From Pseudomonadota bacterium (lineage in GTDB: Bacteria; Pseudomonadota; Gammaproteobacteria; Enterobacterales; JBCCZV01), in assembly GCA_039187085.1 (NCBI GenBank), contig JBCCZV010000004.1, positions 2,492-66,491 on the forward strand: a stretch of 64,000 nucleotides of DNA, written 5' to 3'. Positions 20,170 to 31,061 of this stretch are shown piece by piece (the stretch's first letter is position 1; each line of letters begins with the position of its first letter). The notes beneath the pieces were generated by a model. That model was not told where the DNA came from, ran no database searches, and worked only from the letters and a program-made list of their open reading frames with translations. A program made the translations under genes and the position numbers.

Positions 20170-20613
20170 ATGCTAAAAATTTTTTCTGCCACAACTAATA
20201 ATCTTGATCAACTGACTCATTTATTCGACCTGTATCGTCAATTTTATGGACAAGATAGCGATATTCTTAATGCTAAACAATTTCTTTCAAAGAGATTAGC
20301 GCAACAAGAATCTAAAATTTTTATTGCCGAGCTCGATGGGTCAAGTGTAGGATTTGTGCAGCTTTACCCTTCTTTTTCTTCGGTATCGATGCAAAAAATC
20401 TGGATACTGAATGATTTGTTTGTTGTAGAACAAGCACGAAAACAAGGCGTGGCTAATGCATTGATGGAGAAAGCGAAAGATTTGGCAACAGAGACGCTAG
20501 CTGTCCGACTTGAACTCTCCACTCAGCAGGATAATCGCAAAGCCCAAGCACTTTACGAAAAATTAGGTTATGTTAAAGATAACGAATATTATCATTACTC
20601 ATTATCTTTATAG
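20170..20613 (+). CDS. GNAT family N-acetyltransferase
   Basis: 147 aa. Acetyl-CoA site pattern VVEQARKQGVANALM and C-terminal YEKLGY. Confidence 0.8.
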   Translation: MLKIFSATTNNLDQLTHLFDLYRQFYGQDSDILNAKQFLSKRLAQQESKIFIAELDGSSVGFVQLYPSFSSVSMQKIWILNDLFVVEQARKQGVANALMEKAKDLATETLAVRLELSTQQDNRKAQALYEKLGYVKDNEYYHYSLSL

Positions 20614-20640
20614 AAAATGAATTTTGAGACGTGCCGTTTT

Positions 20641-21498
20641 TCAATTTACACCATGTTTGTTTAAAAAAGAAAATATCGCATCGACACACACTTGCGGTTT
20701 TTCAATATGGACATGGTGTCCTCCTTCTACTTCAAATTTTTCCACTTTTTCTAAGCAAGCTTTGCGCTTTAAATAATGTTGTTTAGCATGCTTAAATCCA
20801 TTATCGGCTTCGATATAAAGCACAGGGCATTGAACCCCTTTCAATTGAGTTTGGACTTGCTTTTCAGTCAATCGAATAGCCGAGTGCACACGCAAACGAG
20901 GATCAGTACGCCAAACATAGCCTTGTGGTGTTTTTTCAAGGCCTCGCTCAACAATATCTCTCAAGGTTTCATCTTGGTTGTTACCAATTTTATTTCTTAA
21001 AGCAAGCGCGCTATCCACGCTATCATAAAAGGGTGATTTCTTGTTTTGACTAGCGACAAATTGTTCAACCGACATACGCAAATCTTCGAGAGCATTGCTG
21101 GGCTCGGAAACTAACGGCCCAAACACATCCACAGAGATCACTGCCTCAACTAAGTCTGGAGCTGCTGCTGCAATTAATGTTGAAATGCCGCCTCCCATTG
21201 AATGTCCTAACAAGATAACTTTTTCAAAACCTAACTGTCGGAGTAATACAATAATATGTGTCACACCATCAATAAAGTGATAGGCAGCGCCTGGTTGATA
21301 ATGACAAGACAACCCGTGGCCCATTTGATCCAATGCCAATACTGAGTGAGGTTTAAGTAATGGAGCGACAGAAAGAAAGCTCGCCGCATTATCCAGCCAG
21401 CCATGTAAAGCGATAATCGGTGTTTTATTTCCTGATTCCGATTTCCAATAAAGCCCTGCCAAGTTTAAATCACCTACATTGTAGGATACCGATTCCAT
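20641..21498 (-). CDS. alpha/beta hydrolase
   Basis: 285 aa. Nucleophile elbow GHSMGGG, HG oxyanion motif (ALHGW), C-terminal His (GGHHVH). Confidence 0.8.
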   Translation of the reverse strand: MESVSYNVGDLNLAGLYWKSESGNKTPIIALHGWLDNAASFLSVAPLLKPHSVLALDQMGHGLSCHYQPGAAYHFIDGVTHIIVLLRQLGFEKVILLGHSMGGGISTLIAAAAPDLVEAVISVDVFGPLVSEPSNALEDLRMSVEQFVASQNKKSPFYDSVDSALALRNKIGNNQDETLRDIVERGLEKTPQGYVWRTDPRLRVHSAIRLTEKQVQTQLKGVQCPVLYIEADNGFKHAKQHYLKRKACLEKVEKFEVEGGHHVHIEKPQVCVDAIFSFLNKHGVN

Positions 21499-21534
21499 TA
21501 TTTTCTCCTTAGCCAGACAATTACTGGTATTAAG

Positions 21535-22425
21535 TTAAAAGGTAATATCAATGCTATTTTGCCGTTCGCTAATCACGTAGCGTTTTTTTTCGTTTTTTAC
21601 GATACGTGCAGAGCATACTTCTGAGTCATGAGTGAAAAACAATCGTGAATTTTCATCGACCACTTTATCTAACAGCCATTGTTTTTCTTCGATCAATTTT
21701 TCGGGAAAGCGATCATACCCCATTGTTACGGGCAAGTGTACCCAAGGCACTCCCGGTATTAAATCAGCGGCATAAATGAATTTGCCTTGCGGTGTTTTAA
21801 TTTCTGAAACGAGCATACCTGGGGTATGTCCATGTGAACGATGGAAGGTTACCCAGTCTCCCAAAAGCGTTGAATGCTCTCCGCCTACAATCTCTAAGCA
21901 ACCACTATCTTGTAATAATTGATTGAGCTGGGGCAAAAAAGACGCCTTATCTCGAAAGTGTGGTTGTAAAGCTCTTTCCCAGGCTTCTTTACCTACAATA
22001 ACTTTAGCATTTTTAAAAACTAATTCCGGAGCAACATTCTCTTGATAGGCGCTTAATAAACCACCGGCATGATCGAAGTGCATATGCGATAACACAATTG
22101 CATCGATATCCTCCGGCTGCAAATCACACTGCTGTTTGAGGTTTTCAATAAGTACGTGATTATCCTCCACAACACCGTAGCGGGTTTTAAATTTCGGTTC
22201 GAAAAAGCTACCTATACCTGTTTCGAATAAAATTTTTTGTGTATCTGTTTCTACTAATAAAGCACGACAAGCTAATGGAATACGATTTTTCTCGTCAGTC
22301 TCTATCCATTGTTCCCACATGGCTTTAGGCACATTACCAAACATAGCGCCACCATCGAGTTTTTGTTGATTACCCATCACAGATACTAAGCGCTTTATTT
22401 TTGACATAATCAGTCTTCTCTTCAA
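21535..22425 (-). CDS. MBL-fold metallo-hydrolase
   Basis: 296 aa with HMHFDHAGG metal motif. The ORF opens with TTG. ATG at 22407 (MSKIKRL...) is the more likely start. Confidence 0.8.
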   Translation of the reverse strand: MKRRLIMSKIKRLVSVMGNQQKLDGGAMFGNVPKAMWEQWIETDEKNRIPLACRALLVETDTQKILFETGIGSFFEPKFKTRYGVVEDNHVLIENLKQQCDLQPEDIDAIVLSHMHFDHAGGLLSAYQENVAPELVFKNAKVIVGKEAWERALQPHFRDKASFLPQLNQLLQDSGCLEIVGGEHSTLLGDWVTFHRSHGHTPGMLVSEIKTPQGKFIYAADLIPGVPWVHLPVTMGYDRFPEKLIEEKQWLLDKVVDENSRLFFTHDSEVCSARIVKNEKKRYVISERQNSIDITF

Positions 22426-22454
22426 TTAAAATTAAATAGGCTCGTTTAGGTACT

Positions 22455-23090
22455 TTAACGATTTAACTTCATCAACCAATAGAAGCATATGGCACCGCTA
22501 GCAATCCAAACACCTATCCAGAAAAAAGCAGGGATCATTGTGATAGATGCCAAAGCTGTTGCATCACTATGAGGAGCACCCAACTGCCAGATAGGACTGA
22601 AAATGGCCCGCTGTAATACATACAAACCGATAAACTGAATGAATAGTTTTAGAGTTTCTTTTTGGAATTTTAATAAAGGCAGTGTAAATAGCCCGAGTAG
22701 AATGCATAGAATGATGGTTGTTTGAATACTGCCTGACAATAAAATTATAGCCAGAATAACCGATAAACACGTTAAAAAGGTAAACACACTACGAAAAGTT
22801 GATGAGTTCACCGTACCCGCCGCATAAAACAAGACAGCCATGAGTTGTGCACCCAGATAGCCACTGAAGGCAATCCAAAATCGTATACCTCCACTAGAAT
22901 AGGCTAATCCAGAACCATTCCAGTAAATTCGAATTGAATTGAATTTTCCACCCGTGAGAATACTAGCAAGACCATGACTCATTTCATGAAAATAGGTTTC
23001 AACCCAATTAAAAGGTTGATTGATGAAGGGCACATAACTGATAACAACAGCTAGTAAAGTGAGTAACCAAAATGACGCTTTTCGACTCAA
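22455..23090 (-). CDS. M50B-like integral membrane metallopeptidase family protein
   Basis: 211 aa with about 6 TM segments. HEMSHGLASILTGG...NGSGLAYSSGG resembles the Peptidase_M50B HExxH pattern. TTG start preceded by a strong SD (GGGAGG-N5-TTG). Confidence 0.6.
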   Translation of the reverse strand: MSRKASFWLLTLLAVVISYVPFINQPFNWVETYFHEMSHGLASILTGGKFNSIRIYWNGSGLAYSSGGIRFWIAFSGYLGAQLMAVLFYAAGTVNSSTFRSVFTFLTCLSVILAIILLSGSIQTTIILCILLGLFTLPLLKFQKETLKLFIQFIGLYVLQRAIFSPIWQLGAPHSDATALASITMIPAFFWIGVWIASGAICFYWLMKLNR

Positions 23091-23292
23091 GTGAACCTCC
23101 CTAAGTACTCTTTAAATGCTATTTGACCTGTTTTATCAATCCCAACAGTCTCTGAGATTCTGGAATTCAGATCAAGTGATTTACGCAAGTTTATCGAGAA
23201 ATTCTGTATGAGTATTACATTAAAAAGATGCCTAATGATTATTTCGAGTTCTTGAGAAGTCAACACTCTACTCCTCAAGAAGTCTATTCCAA

Positions 23293-24108
23293 TCACCTGG
23301 TCGCCGCTTGTCGCATATCCTTAACAAATGAAGATAAGTTTTCTAACATAACAGGCACATCATCAACATTTTCTTCAATAATTCTTACAACGGCTGATCC
23401 TGAAATCGCACCTTTTGCACCGGCTGCTTTGGCTGCTTTAACATGCTCAGTTTTTGAAATACCAAATCCTAATACCGGCGGAGCGGATTTCATTTGGGTT
23501 AAACGATTGATCATGGAGTCAGGAGGCATACTCGCCACCACTTCAGTGCCAGTAACACCTGCACGACTTAACATATATACATAGCCTTGACTATGTTCAG
23601 CCACTAAATGTACTACATCATCGCTGGCGTCCGGCGGCAATATCAAGACTTGTTCCAATGCATATTTTTTTGCCGCATCTAAAAACGGATGTGCTTCAAG
23701 CAAAGGGACATCCGCGACTAAAATGGAATCGACACCAATTTTAGACAAGCGTTGATAAAAAGCGTCCACACCTCCGCGCATTACCAAATTGCAGTAGGTG
23801 AGTAATCCAATAGGAATATCAGGATATTCTTCACGAATTTCTTTGAGCAACTGTAATGACTGTTCAATGGTCACTTGATTATCCAAGGCTCTTATGGACG
23901 CTTTTTGAATAGTTGGCCCATCCGCGATAGGGTCAGAAAAAGGAAAACCTAACTCAAGCGCATCTGCACCTGAAGCAATCAAGGTTTTGATAATTGACTT
24001 ACTGGTCTCAATGTCTGGATCACCGAGCGTGACGAAAGGGATAAACGCAATACGGTTTTGCGCTTCTACCTGTTGAAACACAGGTCCATAACGATTACTC
24101 ATTTTCAT
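23293..24108 (-). CDS. trpA: tryptophan synthase alpha chain
   Basis: 271 aa. [27 protein letters not shown] and GFGIS motifs. Confidence 0.95.
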   Translation of the reverse strand: MKMSNRYGPVFQQVEAQNRIAFIPFVTLGDPDIETSKSIIKTLIASGADALELGFPFSDPIADGPTIQKASIRALDNQVTIEQSLQLLKEIREEYPDIPIGLLTYCNLVMRGGVDAFYQRLSKIGVDSILVADVPLLEAHPFLDAAKKYALEQVLILPPDASDDVVHLVAEHSQGYVYMLSRAGVTGTEVVASMPPDSMINRLTQMKSAPPVLGFGISKTEHVKAAKAAGAKGAISGSAVVRIIEENVDDVPVMLENLSSFVKDMRQAATR

Positions 24109-25297
24109 TTACCTCTTGGTTTTTTAATACACGCCTGACGTGTTCCAGATCTTTGTCACCACGACCCGAGAGATTAATTAAAATCGTACTCGGCTCCGTT
24201 TGTTCTTGTGCATATTTGTATGCGTAAGCTAATGCATGCGCTGATTCCAATGCAGGAATAATACCTTCCGTTTCAGATAAACGCTTAAATGCTATCAAGG
24301 CTTCATCATCCGTCACAGCCACATACTCTGCCCTCCCAATATCTTTCAAATGTGCATGCTGAGGACCTACTGCGGGATAATCTAAACCAGCGGAAACCGA
24401 ATAACTCTCTTCAATTTGCCCCTCTTCTGTTTGCATAATATAAGTGCGGGCACCGTGTAACACGCCCGATTCACCTTTCGTCAATGTTGCTCCGTGATGA
24501 TGAGTGTCAATGCCTTTTCCGCCGGGTTCAACACCTATCAAGCGTACATTTTCCTCTTCAATGAAGTCAGCAAACATACCAATAGCGTTTGAGCCACCAC
24601 CCACGCAAGCAATCACAGCGTCAGGTAATACTGTCTCTTTTTCTAATATTTGCTTTTTGGCTTCTTCACCTATCATACGCTGAAATTCACGCACTAACGT
24701 TGGAAAAGGATGAGGACCAGCCGCTGTTCCCAATAAATAATGCGTATCTTTGTAAGTAGCGGACCAATCTCTCATGGCTTCGTTAACAGCATCTTTAAGC
24801 GTACCACTTCCAGCACTGACCGGTATAACGCGTGCGCCCATAAGTTGCATACGAAAAACATTGGGCTGCTGACGAGCACAATCTTTCGCTCCCATGTAGA
24901 TACGTGCATTTAAGCCGAGCAGAGCACAGGCAATGGCGGTTGCAACACCATGCTGCCCAGCTCCAGTTTCGGCAATAATTTCATTTTTTCCCATACGCTT
25001 AGCCAAAAGTGCTTGACCTAGCACTTGATTGGTTTTGTGTGCACCACCATGTAATAAATCTTCGCGTTTAAGGTAGATTTTGACTTTTGGGTTAGGTGAA
25101 AACTGCCGACAAAGCGTTAAGGGAGTTGGGCGTCCCGCATACTCCTTTAAAAGGGTAGCAAACTCATGTTTAAATTCTGAGTCATTTTGCGCTTTAAAAA
25201 AAGCTTCTTCTAATTGCGTTAAAGCCGGCATTAAAATCTCAGGCACGTACATGCCGCCATAGTCACCAAAGTAACGGTTATAGTGGAGAGCTTTCAT
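24095..25297 (-). CDS. trpB: tryptophan synthase beta chain
   Basis: ORF runs to 25309 from TTG. GAGGAA-N4-ATG at 25297 is the likely start. PLP lysine motif HGGAHKTNQ, plus GGGSNAIG. Confidence 0.95.
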   Translation of the reverse strand: MKALHYNRYFGDYGGMYVPEILMPALTQLEEAFFKAQNDSEFKHEFATLLKEYAGRPTPLTLCRQFSPNPKVKIYLKREDLLHGGAHKTNQVLGQALLAKRMGKNEIIAETGAGQHGVATAIACALLGLNARIYMGAKDCARQQPNVFRMQLMGARVIPVSAGSGTLKDAVNEAMRDWSATYKDTHYLLGTAAGPHPFPTLVREFQRMIGEEAKKQILEKETVLPDAVIACVGGGSNAIGMFADFIEEENVRLIGVEPGGKGIDTHHHGATLTKGESGVLHGARTYIMQTEEGQIEESYSVSAGLDYPAVGPQHAHLKDIGRAEYVAVTDDEALIAFKRLSETEGIIPALESAHALAYAYKYAQEQTEPSTILINLSGRGDKDLEHVRRVLKNQEVNENE

Positions 25298-25401
25298 TAT
25301 TTTCCTCAAATTTTGACAATTAAGGGCCTTAGCAAATCATATAGCGAGGGCTCTAAATAAAAAATAATTAAGTATTATCTGAAACTTTTGTGTTATTCAC
25401 C

Positions 25402-26790
25402 TTAAATCACGTAATCATCGCGTAATTGCGCAAAAAGCTGTGATATTTTTACTGAATCCTTGTAACCCTTTACCGACTCGACACCAGAATTTACATCTAA
25501 AATTCCAGAAAAATTTTGTCGAGCTTCAATAATATTGTTCGGGGATAACCCGCCTGCAAGTATAAAGCGTTGATCTTGCTTTATTTTTTCAGGAATATCT
25601 TGCCAAGATAAAACTTGGCCTGTTCCTCCAAAAGCATCACCAGCTTTTGAATCTAATAGTGTACGATCAGCGTAGGCCACTAGCTCAATTGAGCCCACTT
25701 CATTTCCTGGAATTGCCTGCCAAATTTCTACACCTTTAGGTAATTCACGACGCAATTCCGCACGATAGGCGTCGTTTTCTTGGCCATGAAGTTGAACAGC
25801 GAATAGCTTGAGCAAGGCTGCCGTTTGCACAATTTCTGGTATAGGTTGATTAACAAAAACACCGACAAAATCAAGATCAGCCGCTTCAGTAATCAATTTG
25901 GCTTGTTTAACACTAATTGCACGAATAGATTTTGGTGCAAAAATTAACCCTCCATAACGCGCCCCAGAACGAGCTGCTATTTGTGCAATATCCGCATGCA
26001 TCAAGCCGCACACTTTAATATCGCCATGCGTTAGACCTGCAGACGCTTTTCGTAAATTTGGTATACTCATTAATGCGCTACCTACCAAGAAAGCGTCAAC
26101 GCTTGACGCTAAGTGCTTGATGTGTTGATAGGACTGGATTCCCGATTCTGACACTAATAGTGAGCGAGAAGTATTTTTCGCGCTCAGCTTCATTGAAGTT
26201 TCAATATCAATACTCAAATCTTTTAAATTACGATTATTGATCCCAATAATTTTAGCGCCGAGTTGCGTAGCACGGTGAAGTTCTTCTTCAGTGTGAACTT
26301 CAGTAAGTACATCCATCTGCCATTTTGTTGCAACTTTATGTAATGACCGATAATCATCGTCATCTAAAACCGATAACATTAATAACACAGCATCCGCACC
26401 GTAATATCGTGCTTTTAAAATCTGATATTCATCAAAAATAAAATCTTTACACAAAACCGGCTTATTTGATTGTTGCTTAACTAATGTTAGATTGGCATCA
26501 GCCCCTTGAAAATAATCCGGTTCTGTTAATACTGAAATGGCAGCAGCATAGTCGTTGTAAACTGTTAGGATTTTTTCTATATCAAAATCTTCGCGTAATA
26601 ATCCCCGAGATGGTGACGCTTTTTTACATTCCAAGATAAACTGTGGTCCAGGCTTACGTAATGCTTCTTCTAAACTCCGCATGGAAACAGTTAATTGCTC
26701 TTCTATTAGAGCTATAGGTAGTCTGGTTTTATCGATTTCTATGCGTTCTTTGCGTCGTTCCACAATAGTATCAAGTACACTTTTAGCCAT
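25402..26790 (-). CDS. trpC: bifunctional indole-3-glycerol phosphate synthase / phosphoribosylanthranilate isomerase
   Basis: 462 aa with an IGPS half (ECKKASPSRG, LLM) followed by a PRAI half (KVCGL...). This is the TrpC-TrpF fusion seen in enterobacteria. Confidence 0.9.
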   Translation of the reverse strand: MAKSVLDTIVERRKERIEIDKTRLPIALIEEQLTVSMRSLEEALRKPGPQFILECKKASPSRGLLREDFDIEKILTVYNDYAAAISVLTEPDYFQGADANLTLVKQQSNKPVLCKDFIFDEYQILKARYYGADAVLLMLSVLDDDDYRSLHKVATKWQMDVLTEVHTEEELHRATQLGAKIIGINNRNLKDLSIDIETSMKLSAKNTSRSLLVSESGIQSYQHIKHLASSVDAFLVGSALMSIPNLRKASAGLTHGDIKVCGLMHADIAQIAARSGARYGGLIFAPKSIRAISVKQAKLITEAADLDFVGVFVNQPIPEIVQTAALLKLFAVQLHGQENDAYRAELRRELPKGVEIWQAIPGNEVGSIELVAYADRTLLDSKAGDAFGGTGQVLSWQDIPEKIKQDQRFILAGGLSPNNIIEARQNFSGILDVNSGVESVKGYKDSVKISQLFAQLRDDYVI

Positions 26791-27793
26791 TGGTCATCTC
26801 CACCAACTGCTCTAATTTTTTCAAGGCTTTACCTTGATGCAAAATGTCTAAAGTAAAATCCATGGCTTCTTTAAGCGTGTTTTTGATGCCGTATAAGTAC
26901 ACCAGTGCAGCAGTATTCATAGCAATGATATGTCGATGAGCAAGGTCACCTTCACCTGCCAACACAGCACGAATAGCTTGTGCATTTTCTTGCGCGTCTC
27001 CTCCGACAATTGCAGAAAGCTCAGCACGCTCTATCCCGAAGTCACTAGGTTCAATTGTATATTCTGTTATTTTGCCTTGATTCATTTCTGCCACTTGTGT
27101 AACACCATGCAAAGCAATTTCATCCAGCCCTTCTCCATGTACCACCATGGCTCGTTGGCAACCTAAATGTGCAAGAGTTTCGGCTATGGGTCGGCATAAT
27201 GTCGGGTCGTAAACTCCCATTAATTGAACTTCTGGTTTTGCTGGGTTCGACAAAGGACCTAGGACATTAAAAATTGTACGTGTTGCTAACGTTTTGCGAA
27301 TAGGTGCTGCATGACGTACGCCTTGATGATAAAAAGGGGCATAGAGAAAACACACATCAAGTTCTTGCAAACATTTCTCAGCTACCTCGGCATCATGTTC
27401 TACTTTAACACCGAGCATTTCAAGTACATCTGCAGAACCACACTGCGAAGATACGGAACGATTTCCATGCTTTGCCATAGGAATACCACAAGCTGCGGCT
27501 ACAAAAGATGCTGCAGTAGAAATATTGATAGTTTTTAATCCATCTCCTCCAGTACCACAAGAATCCGCAACCGGTTTGCTTGGTTTCGCGAATGATTGAC
27601 ATGCCCTTCTAACAGCCTGAGCAGCACCAGCAATTTCTTGGGGAGTTTCTCCTTTTATTTTTAGACCAATAATTGCTGCGGTCATAGTAATAACATCCAT
27701 GTCACCATTCACAATGTCATGGAAGAGCTGATTACTTTCTTCTTGTGTTAATGCCTCAGCAAGATAGAGCTTATCCAATAATGCTAACATCAA
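26783..27793 (-). CDS. trpD: anthranilate phosphoribosyltransferase
   Basis: 336 aa with CGTGGDG and KHGNRSVSS motifs. Confidence 0.92.
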   Translation of the reverse strand: MMLALLDKLYLAEALTQEESNQLFHDIVNGDMDVITMTAAIIGLKIKGETPQEIAGAAQAVRRACQSFAKPSKPVADSCGTGGDGLKTINISTAASFVAAACGIPMAKHGNRSVSSQCGSADVLEMLGVKVEHDAEVAEKCLQELDVCFLYAPFYHQGVRHAAPIRKTLATRTIFNVLGPLSNPAKPEVQLMGVYDPTLCRPIAETLAHLGCQRAMVVHGEGLDEIALHGVTQVAEMNQGKITEYTIEPSDFGIERAELSAIVGGDAQENAQAIRAVLAGEGDLAHRHIIAMNTAALVYLYGIKNTLKEAMDFTLDILHQGKALKKLEQLVEMTNG

Positions 27794-27832
27794 TACTTTC
27801 TCCTCTAATGCGTTAAAATTTTGTTAAAAACT

Positions 27833-28435
27833 CTAGAAATGTTGCTGTAACCAATGGATAGTTTGTTGTAATAATTGATAGCCTTGTGTGCTTAAAATAG
27901 ATTCGGGATGAAACTGAAAACCTACGATTCGATGATGGTCATCAACAAAACTCATGATAATTTCTTCAAAGTGTGCAATTGCTTTAAGTTCCGAAGGCAA
28001 TTCACTTACAACAAGAGAGTGATAACGTGCAATACGTAAGTTTTTCGGTAAATCAGAAAAAATAGTATGAGATTCCAGTTGAATCGTACTCGCTTTGCCA
28101 TGAACAATAACATCGGTTTGAGTCACTTGTGCACCGTAACTCAAAGCAATGGCTTGATGACCTAAACAAATACCTAACATTGGCAGTTTCCCTTTAAATC
28201 GATTAACGATTGCCACTAGCTTACCTGCCTCAGCAGGATGACCAGGACCAGGAGAAAGCACCAAAACGGTTTTTGGGTGTTGAGCAACAAATCGGTCAAT
28301 TAAATCCAAAGAAACATCATTACGATATACAGTGACGGCATAGTTTAACTTCAATAAATCATCAACCAAGTTGTAGGTAAATGAATCATAATTATCAATA
28401 AATAAGATATGCATATTTTTTTCGTATGAATTCAT
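27833..28435 (-). CDS. trpG: anthranilate synthase component II (glutamine amidotransferase)
   Basis: 200 aa. GICLGHQ catalytic Cys and FHPES. ATGA-type overlap with trpE. Confidence 0.92.
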   Translation of the reverse strand: MNSYEKNMHILFIDNYDSFTYNLVDDLLKLNYAVTVYRNDVSLDLIDRFVAQHPKTVLVLSPGPGHPAEAGKLVAIVNRFKGKLPMLGICLGHQAIALSYGAQVTQTDVIVHGKASTIQLESHTIFSDLPKNLRIARYHSLVVSELPSELKAIAHFEEIIMSFVDDHHRIVGFQFHPESILSTQGYQLLQQTIHWLQQHF

Positions 28436-30048
28436 ACTGATACCTCATCATCAATTTGAATATCAAAATGATGCGCTTCTGCGATCGCTTTAATGACCGC
28501 CATAGCTTTATTTAATGTTTCTGTAACTTCAGCGTCTGGATCTGAGTCATGAACAATACCCGCCCCTGCTTTAATATAAGCCATTTGATTTTTAATCAAT
28601 GCTGAGCGTATAACGATGCAGGTATCCATATTACGCTCGCCATCCAGATAACCGACGGCACCACCATATGCCCCACGACGCTTTTTTTCGACACGACGCA
28701 AAATTTCGGCTGCTTTTATTTTAGGTGCGCCCACTAAAGTTCCCATGTTCATACAAGCCAGGTAGGCATGAAGCGCATCCAATTCATTTCGCAGTTCCCC
28801 TCTAACTCGTGAAACCAAATGCATAACATGAGAGTATCTATCCACATTGAGTAATTCAGGCACATGACGAGAGCCCGGCTTAGATATACGAGCAATATCA
28901 TTTCTCGCAAGATCAACCAACATGAGATGCTCCGTTACCTCTTTTTCATCCATTTTCAGTTCGGCTTCAATTTTAGCATCGAGATCTAAATTCAATTGAC
29001 CATCATGATATTTACCTCGAGGTCTGGTGCCTGCGATAGGGTAGACTTCAACATGTCTCGAAGACTCTTCATATTTAACAGCACTTTCTGGAGATGCGCC
29101 AAATAATTGAAAGTTATCATCGTTCATAAAAAACATGTAAGGACTGGGATTTAAACTTTTGAGTTTTCGATAACTCAGAAAAGGATGAGTACAAGGTAAG
29201 CTAAATGTCCTTGAAGGAACAATTTGAAAAACCTCTCCTTTAGCAATTTCTTGCTTCATAGCACCAACAACGGATTTATACTCGGAACGACTCACATCAA
29301 CGGCTACGGATTGTTTTTGTGTATGGGTATTTAAATCCGGCAATGCAAATACTGTTCCTTCACTTACAGACTCAATTTGCCGTTTTAAATCAGCTAGCGT
29401 ACGACTCATATCAAAATAGCAAGCTTCTTGATTTTCTCCATCAAACACATTACCAATTAATCGAGCACTGTAACGTTTATGGTCAATAACTAATAAGGTT
29501 TCAGCAAGATAAAACACATAGTTGGGTGTATCAGCTTCTCCCGTATTAACCTCAGGTAAGGTTTCAAAGGTTTCTATCAAATCATAACCAAATAAACCAC
29601 ATAAAAAGCTTGAATAAGGCTCATTAGATTTACCAAAAACTTGTTGTATTTTTCTCAGAACATCAACAGGAGAGCGCGAAAATAGCCGTCCTTCTTCATC
29701 TTGATTGCGATCATTTTCTTCATAACTTAATGTGAGATGTTCATCTGAAGAAGAAGTCTCATCATCAGTCAAATTTAACTTTAACAATTTAAGAGCTTGA
29801 ACACCGTTAGCGTTAAGTGCTGATAGCGTTACTTGCCGTTCAACACAAACAATTCGCAACACAGAAGACAGAACCAAAAGGCTTTTTTCTGCATGTTTCG
29901 ATCCTATTTCACTAGACTCTAATAGCATGGTTGATTTTTTTTTGCCTTGATAAGTCAGGTGATAAAAAATATTTAAAGGGTCATGCTGACAATCCACTTT
30001 AACACTTAAGGATTTAACCTTAGGTTTCGTGTTTACAAAGGTAGTCAT
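28432..30048 (-). CDS. trpE: anthranilate synthase component I
   Basis: 538 aa chorismate-binding fold (GAPKIKAAEIL, GAYGGAVGYL, GAGIVHDSDP). The ATG overlaps the stop of the upstream DAHPS-like gene (ATGA at 30045-30048). Confidence 0.92.
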   Translation of the reverse strand: MTTFVNTKPKVKSLSVKVDCQHDPLNIFYHLTYQGKKKSTMLLESSEIGSKHAEKSLLVLSSVLRIVCVERQVTLSALNANGVQALKLLKLNLTDDETSSSDEHLTLSYEENDRNQDEEGRLFSRSPVDVLRKIQQVFGKSNEPYSSFLCGLFGYDLIETFETLPEVNTGEADTPNYVFYLAETLLVIDHKRYSARLIGNVFDGENQEACYFDMSRTLADLKRQIESVSEGTVFALPDLNTHTQKQSVAVDVSRSEYKSVVGAMKQEIAKGEVFQIVPSRTFSLPCTHPFLSYRKLKSLNPSPYMFFMNDDNFQLFGASPESAVKYEESSRHVEVYPIAGTRPRGKYHDGQLNLDLDAKIEAELKMDEKEVTEHLMLVDLARNDIARISKPGSRHVPELLNVDRYSHVMHLVSRVRGELRNELDALHAYLACMNMGTLVGAPKIKAAEILRRVEKKRRGAYGGAVGYLDGERNMDTCIVIRSALIKNQMAYIKAGAGIVHDSDPDAEVTETLNKAMAVIKAIAEAHHFDIQIDDEVSV

Positions 30049-31061
30049 AATCTTTTCCCCGCTGCAGAAATAAAAGGCTCAAGTTCCAACATTAAGCGTT
30101 TAAATTGATTGGCTGTGAGAGATTGGTATTCATCAGAAACGCTTTCGTTGAGTTTCAGGTGTGTTTCTAACATCAAACCGTCAGCACCACATGCAATAGC
30201 AGCTTTAGCCAAGGGTGTTACTAATTCTCTTATTGTTGTACCGTAAGATGGGTCAACTATGACGGGCAAATGTGATTTAGTCTTAATATAAGCGACAGCA
30301 TTTAAGTCCAAAGTGTTGCGAGCTGCATTTTCAATGGTTTGAATTCCTTGTTCACACAGTACAATATTTTCGTTACCTTCGTTATAGATGTATTCTGCCG
30401 CTAGTAAAAATTCTTCAATCGAAGCTGATAAGCCTCTTTTTAATAGAACAGGTTTTTGGGTTTGCCCAACACTTTTTAGTAATGCGTAGTTTTGCATATT
30501 TCTGGCATCGATTTGGAACATATCAACATATTCGCTAATACTTTCAACATCACGTGTATCAATGACTTCAGAAATCATTGCTAGGCCACTCTTATCAGCC
30601 GCCGCCCGCATCAACTTCAATCCCTCATACCCTAAGCCTTGAAAAGAGTAAGGACTGCTTCCCGGTTTAAATGTACCACCGCTCAGACCTGAAGCGCCAC
30701 TTTCTTTTACCATGGTGGCAATATCCTCAATTTGCGTAGCGTTTTCAACGGTACGGGGACCCGCTATCACTGAAAACACCTCTGAGCCAATGGTAAAATG
30801 TTCATTAATGTTTACCAAAGTATCATGTGCGTGAAACTCTCTGCTCACTAATTTATAAGGAGTAGTAACTGGTTTTATCGCTTCAATTAATGTACTAGGT
30901 AACGTGCTTAAGCGCTTTAACGCTGATTCTTCTCCGATGGCACCAATAACAAGTCGCTCTATTCCTGGCATCAAAAGCGGCTTCACTCCATGATCTTCTA
31001 TAAGTTTTACGAGCTGTTTCGCATCTTCATGCGTGGTCTCAGGTTTTAAAATAATTATCAT
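30045..31061 (-). CDS. DAHP synthase type I-beta-like protein with N-terminal ferredoxin-like domain; catalytic motifs substituted
   Basis: ORF runs to 31076 from TTG. AAGG-N5-ATG at 31061 is likely (MIIILKPE...). Colinear with Thermotoga/Bacillus-type DAHPS (YKLVSREF, SPYSFQGLG, ARNMQN, LLKRG, VSD). It reads GPRTVE where I recall GPCSVE, KPGSS for KPRTS, CEQGIQT for CERGIRT and DPSYG for DPSHS. Confidence 0.8.
   Translation of the reverse strand: MIIILKPETTHEDAKQLVKLIEDHGVKPLLMPGIERLVIGAIGEESALKRLSTLPSTLIEAIKPVTTPYKLVSREFHAHDTLVNINEHFTIGSEVFSVIAGPRTVENATQIEDIATMVKESGASGLSGGTFKPGSSPYSFQGLGYEGLKLMRAAADKSGLAMISEVIDTRDVESISEYVDMFQIDARNMQNYALLKSVGQTQKPVLLKRGLSASIEEFLLAAEYIYNEGNENIVLCEQGIQTIENAARNTLDLNAVAYIKTKSHLPVIVDPSYGTTIRELVTPLAKAAIACGADGLMLETHLKLNESVSDEYQSLTANQFKRLMLELEPFISAAGKRL

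Noticed and set aside
23087-23296. 69-aa ORF filling the trpA/M50B gap with 4-nt overlaps at both ends, which looks like translational coupling
   Set aside because: The start is GTG with no SD. The sequence is low-complexity and AT-driven with no recognisable fold. The downstream overlap is with a TTG start whose SD (GGGAGG) lies inside this ORF. It is more likely non-coding spacer. Only conservation analysis or ribosome profiling could rescue it.
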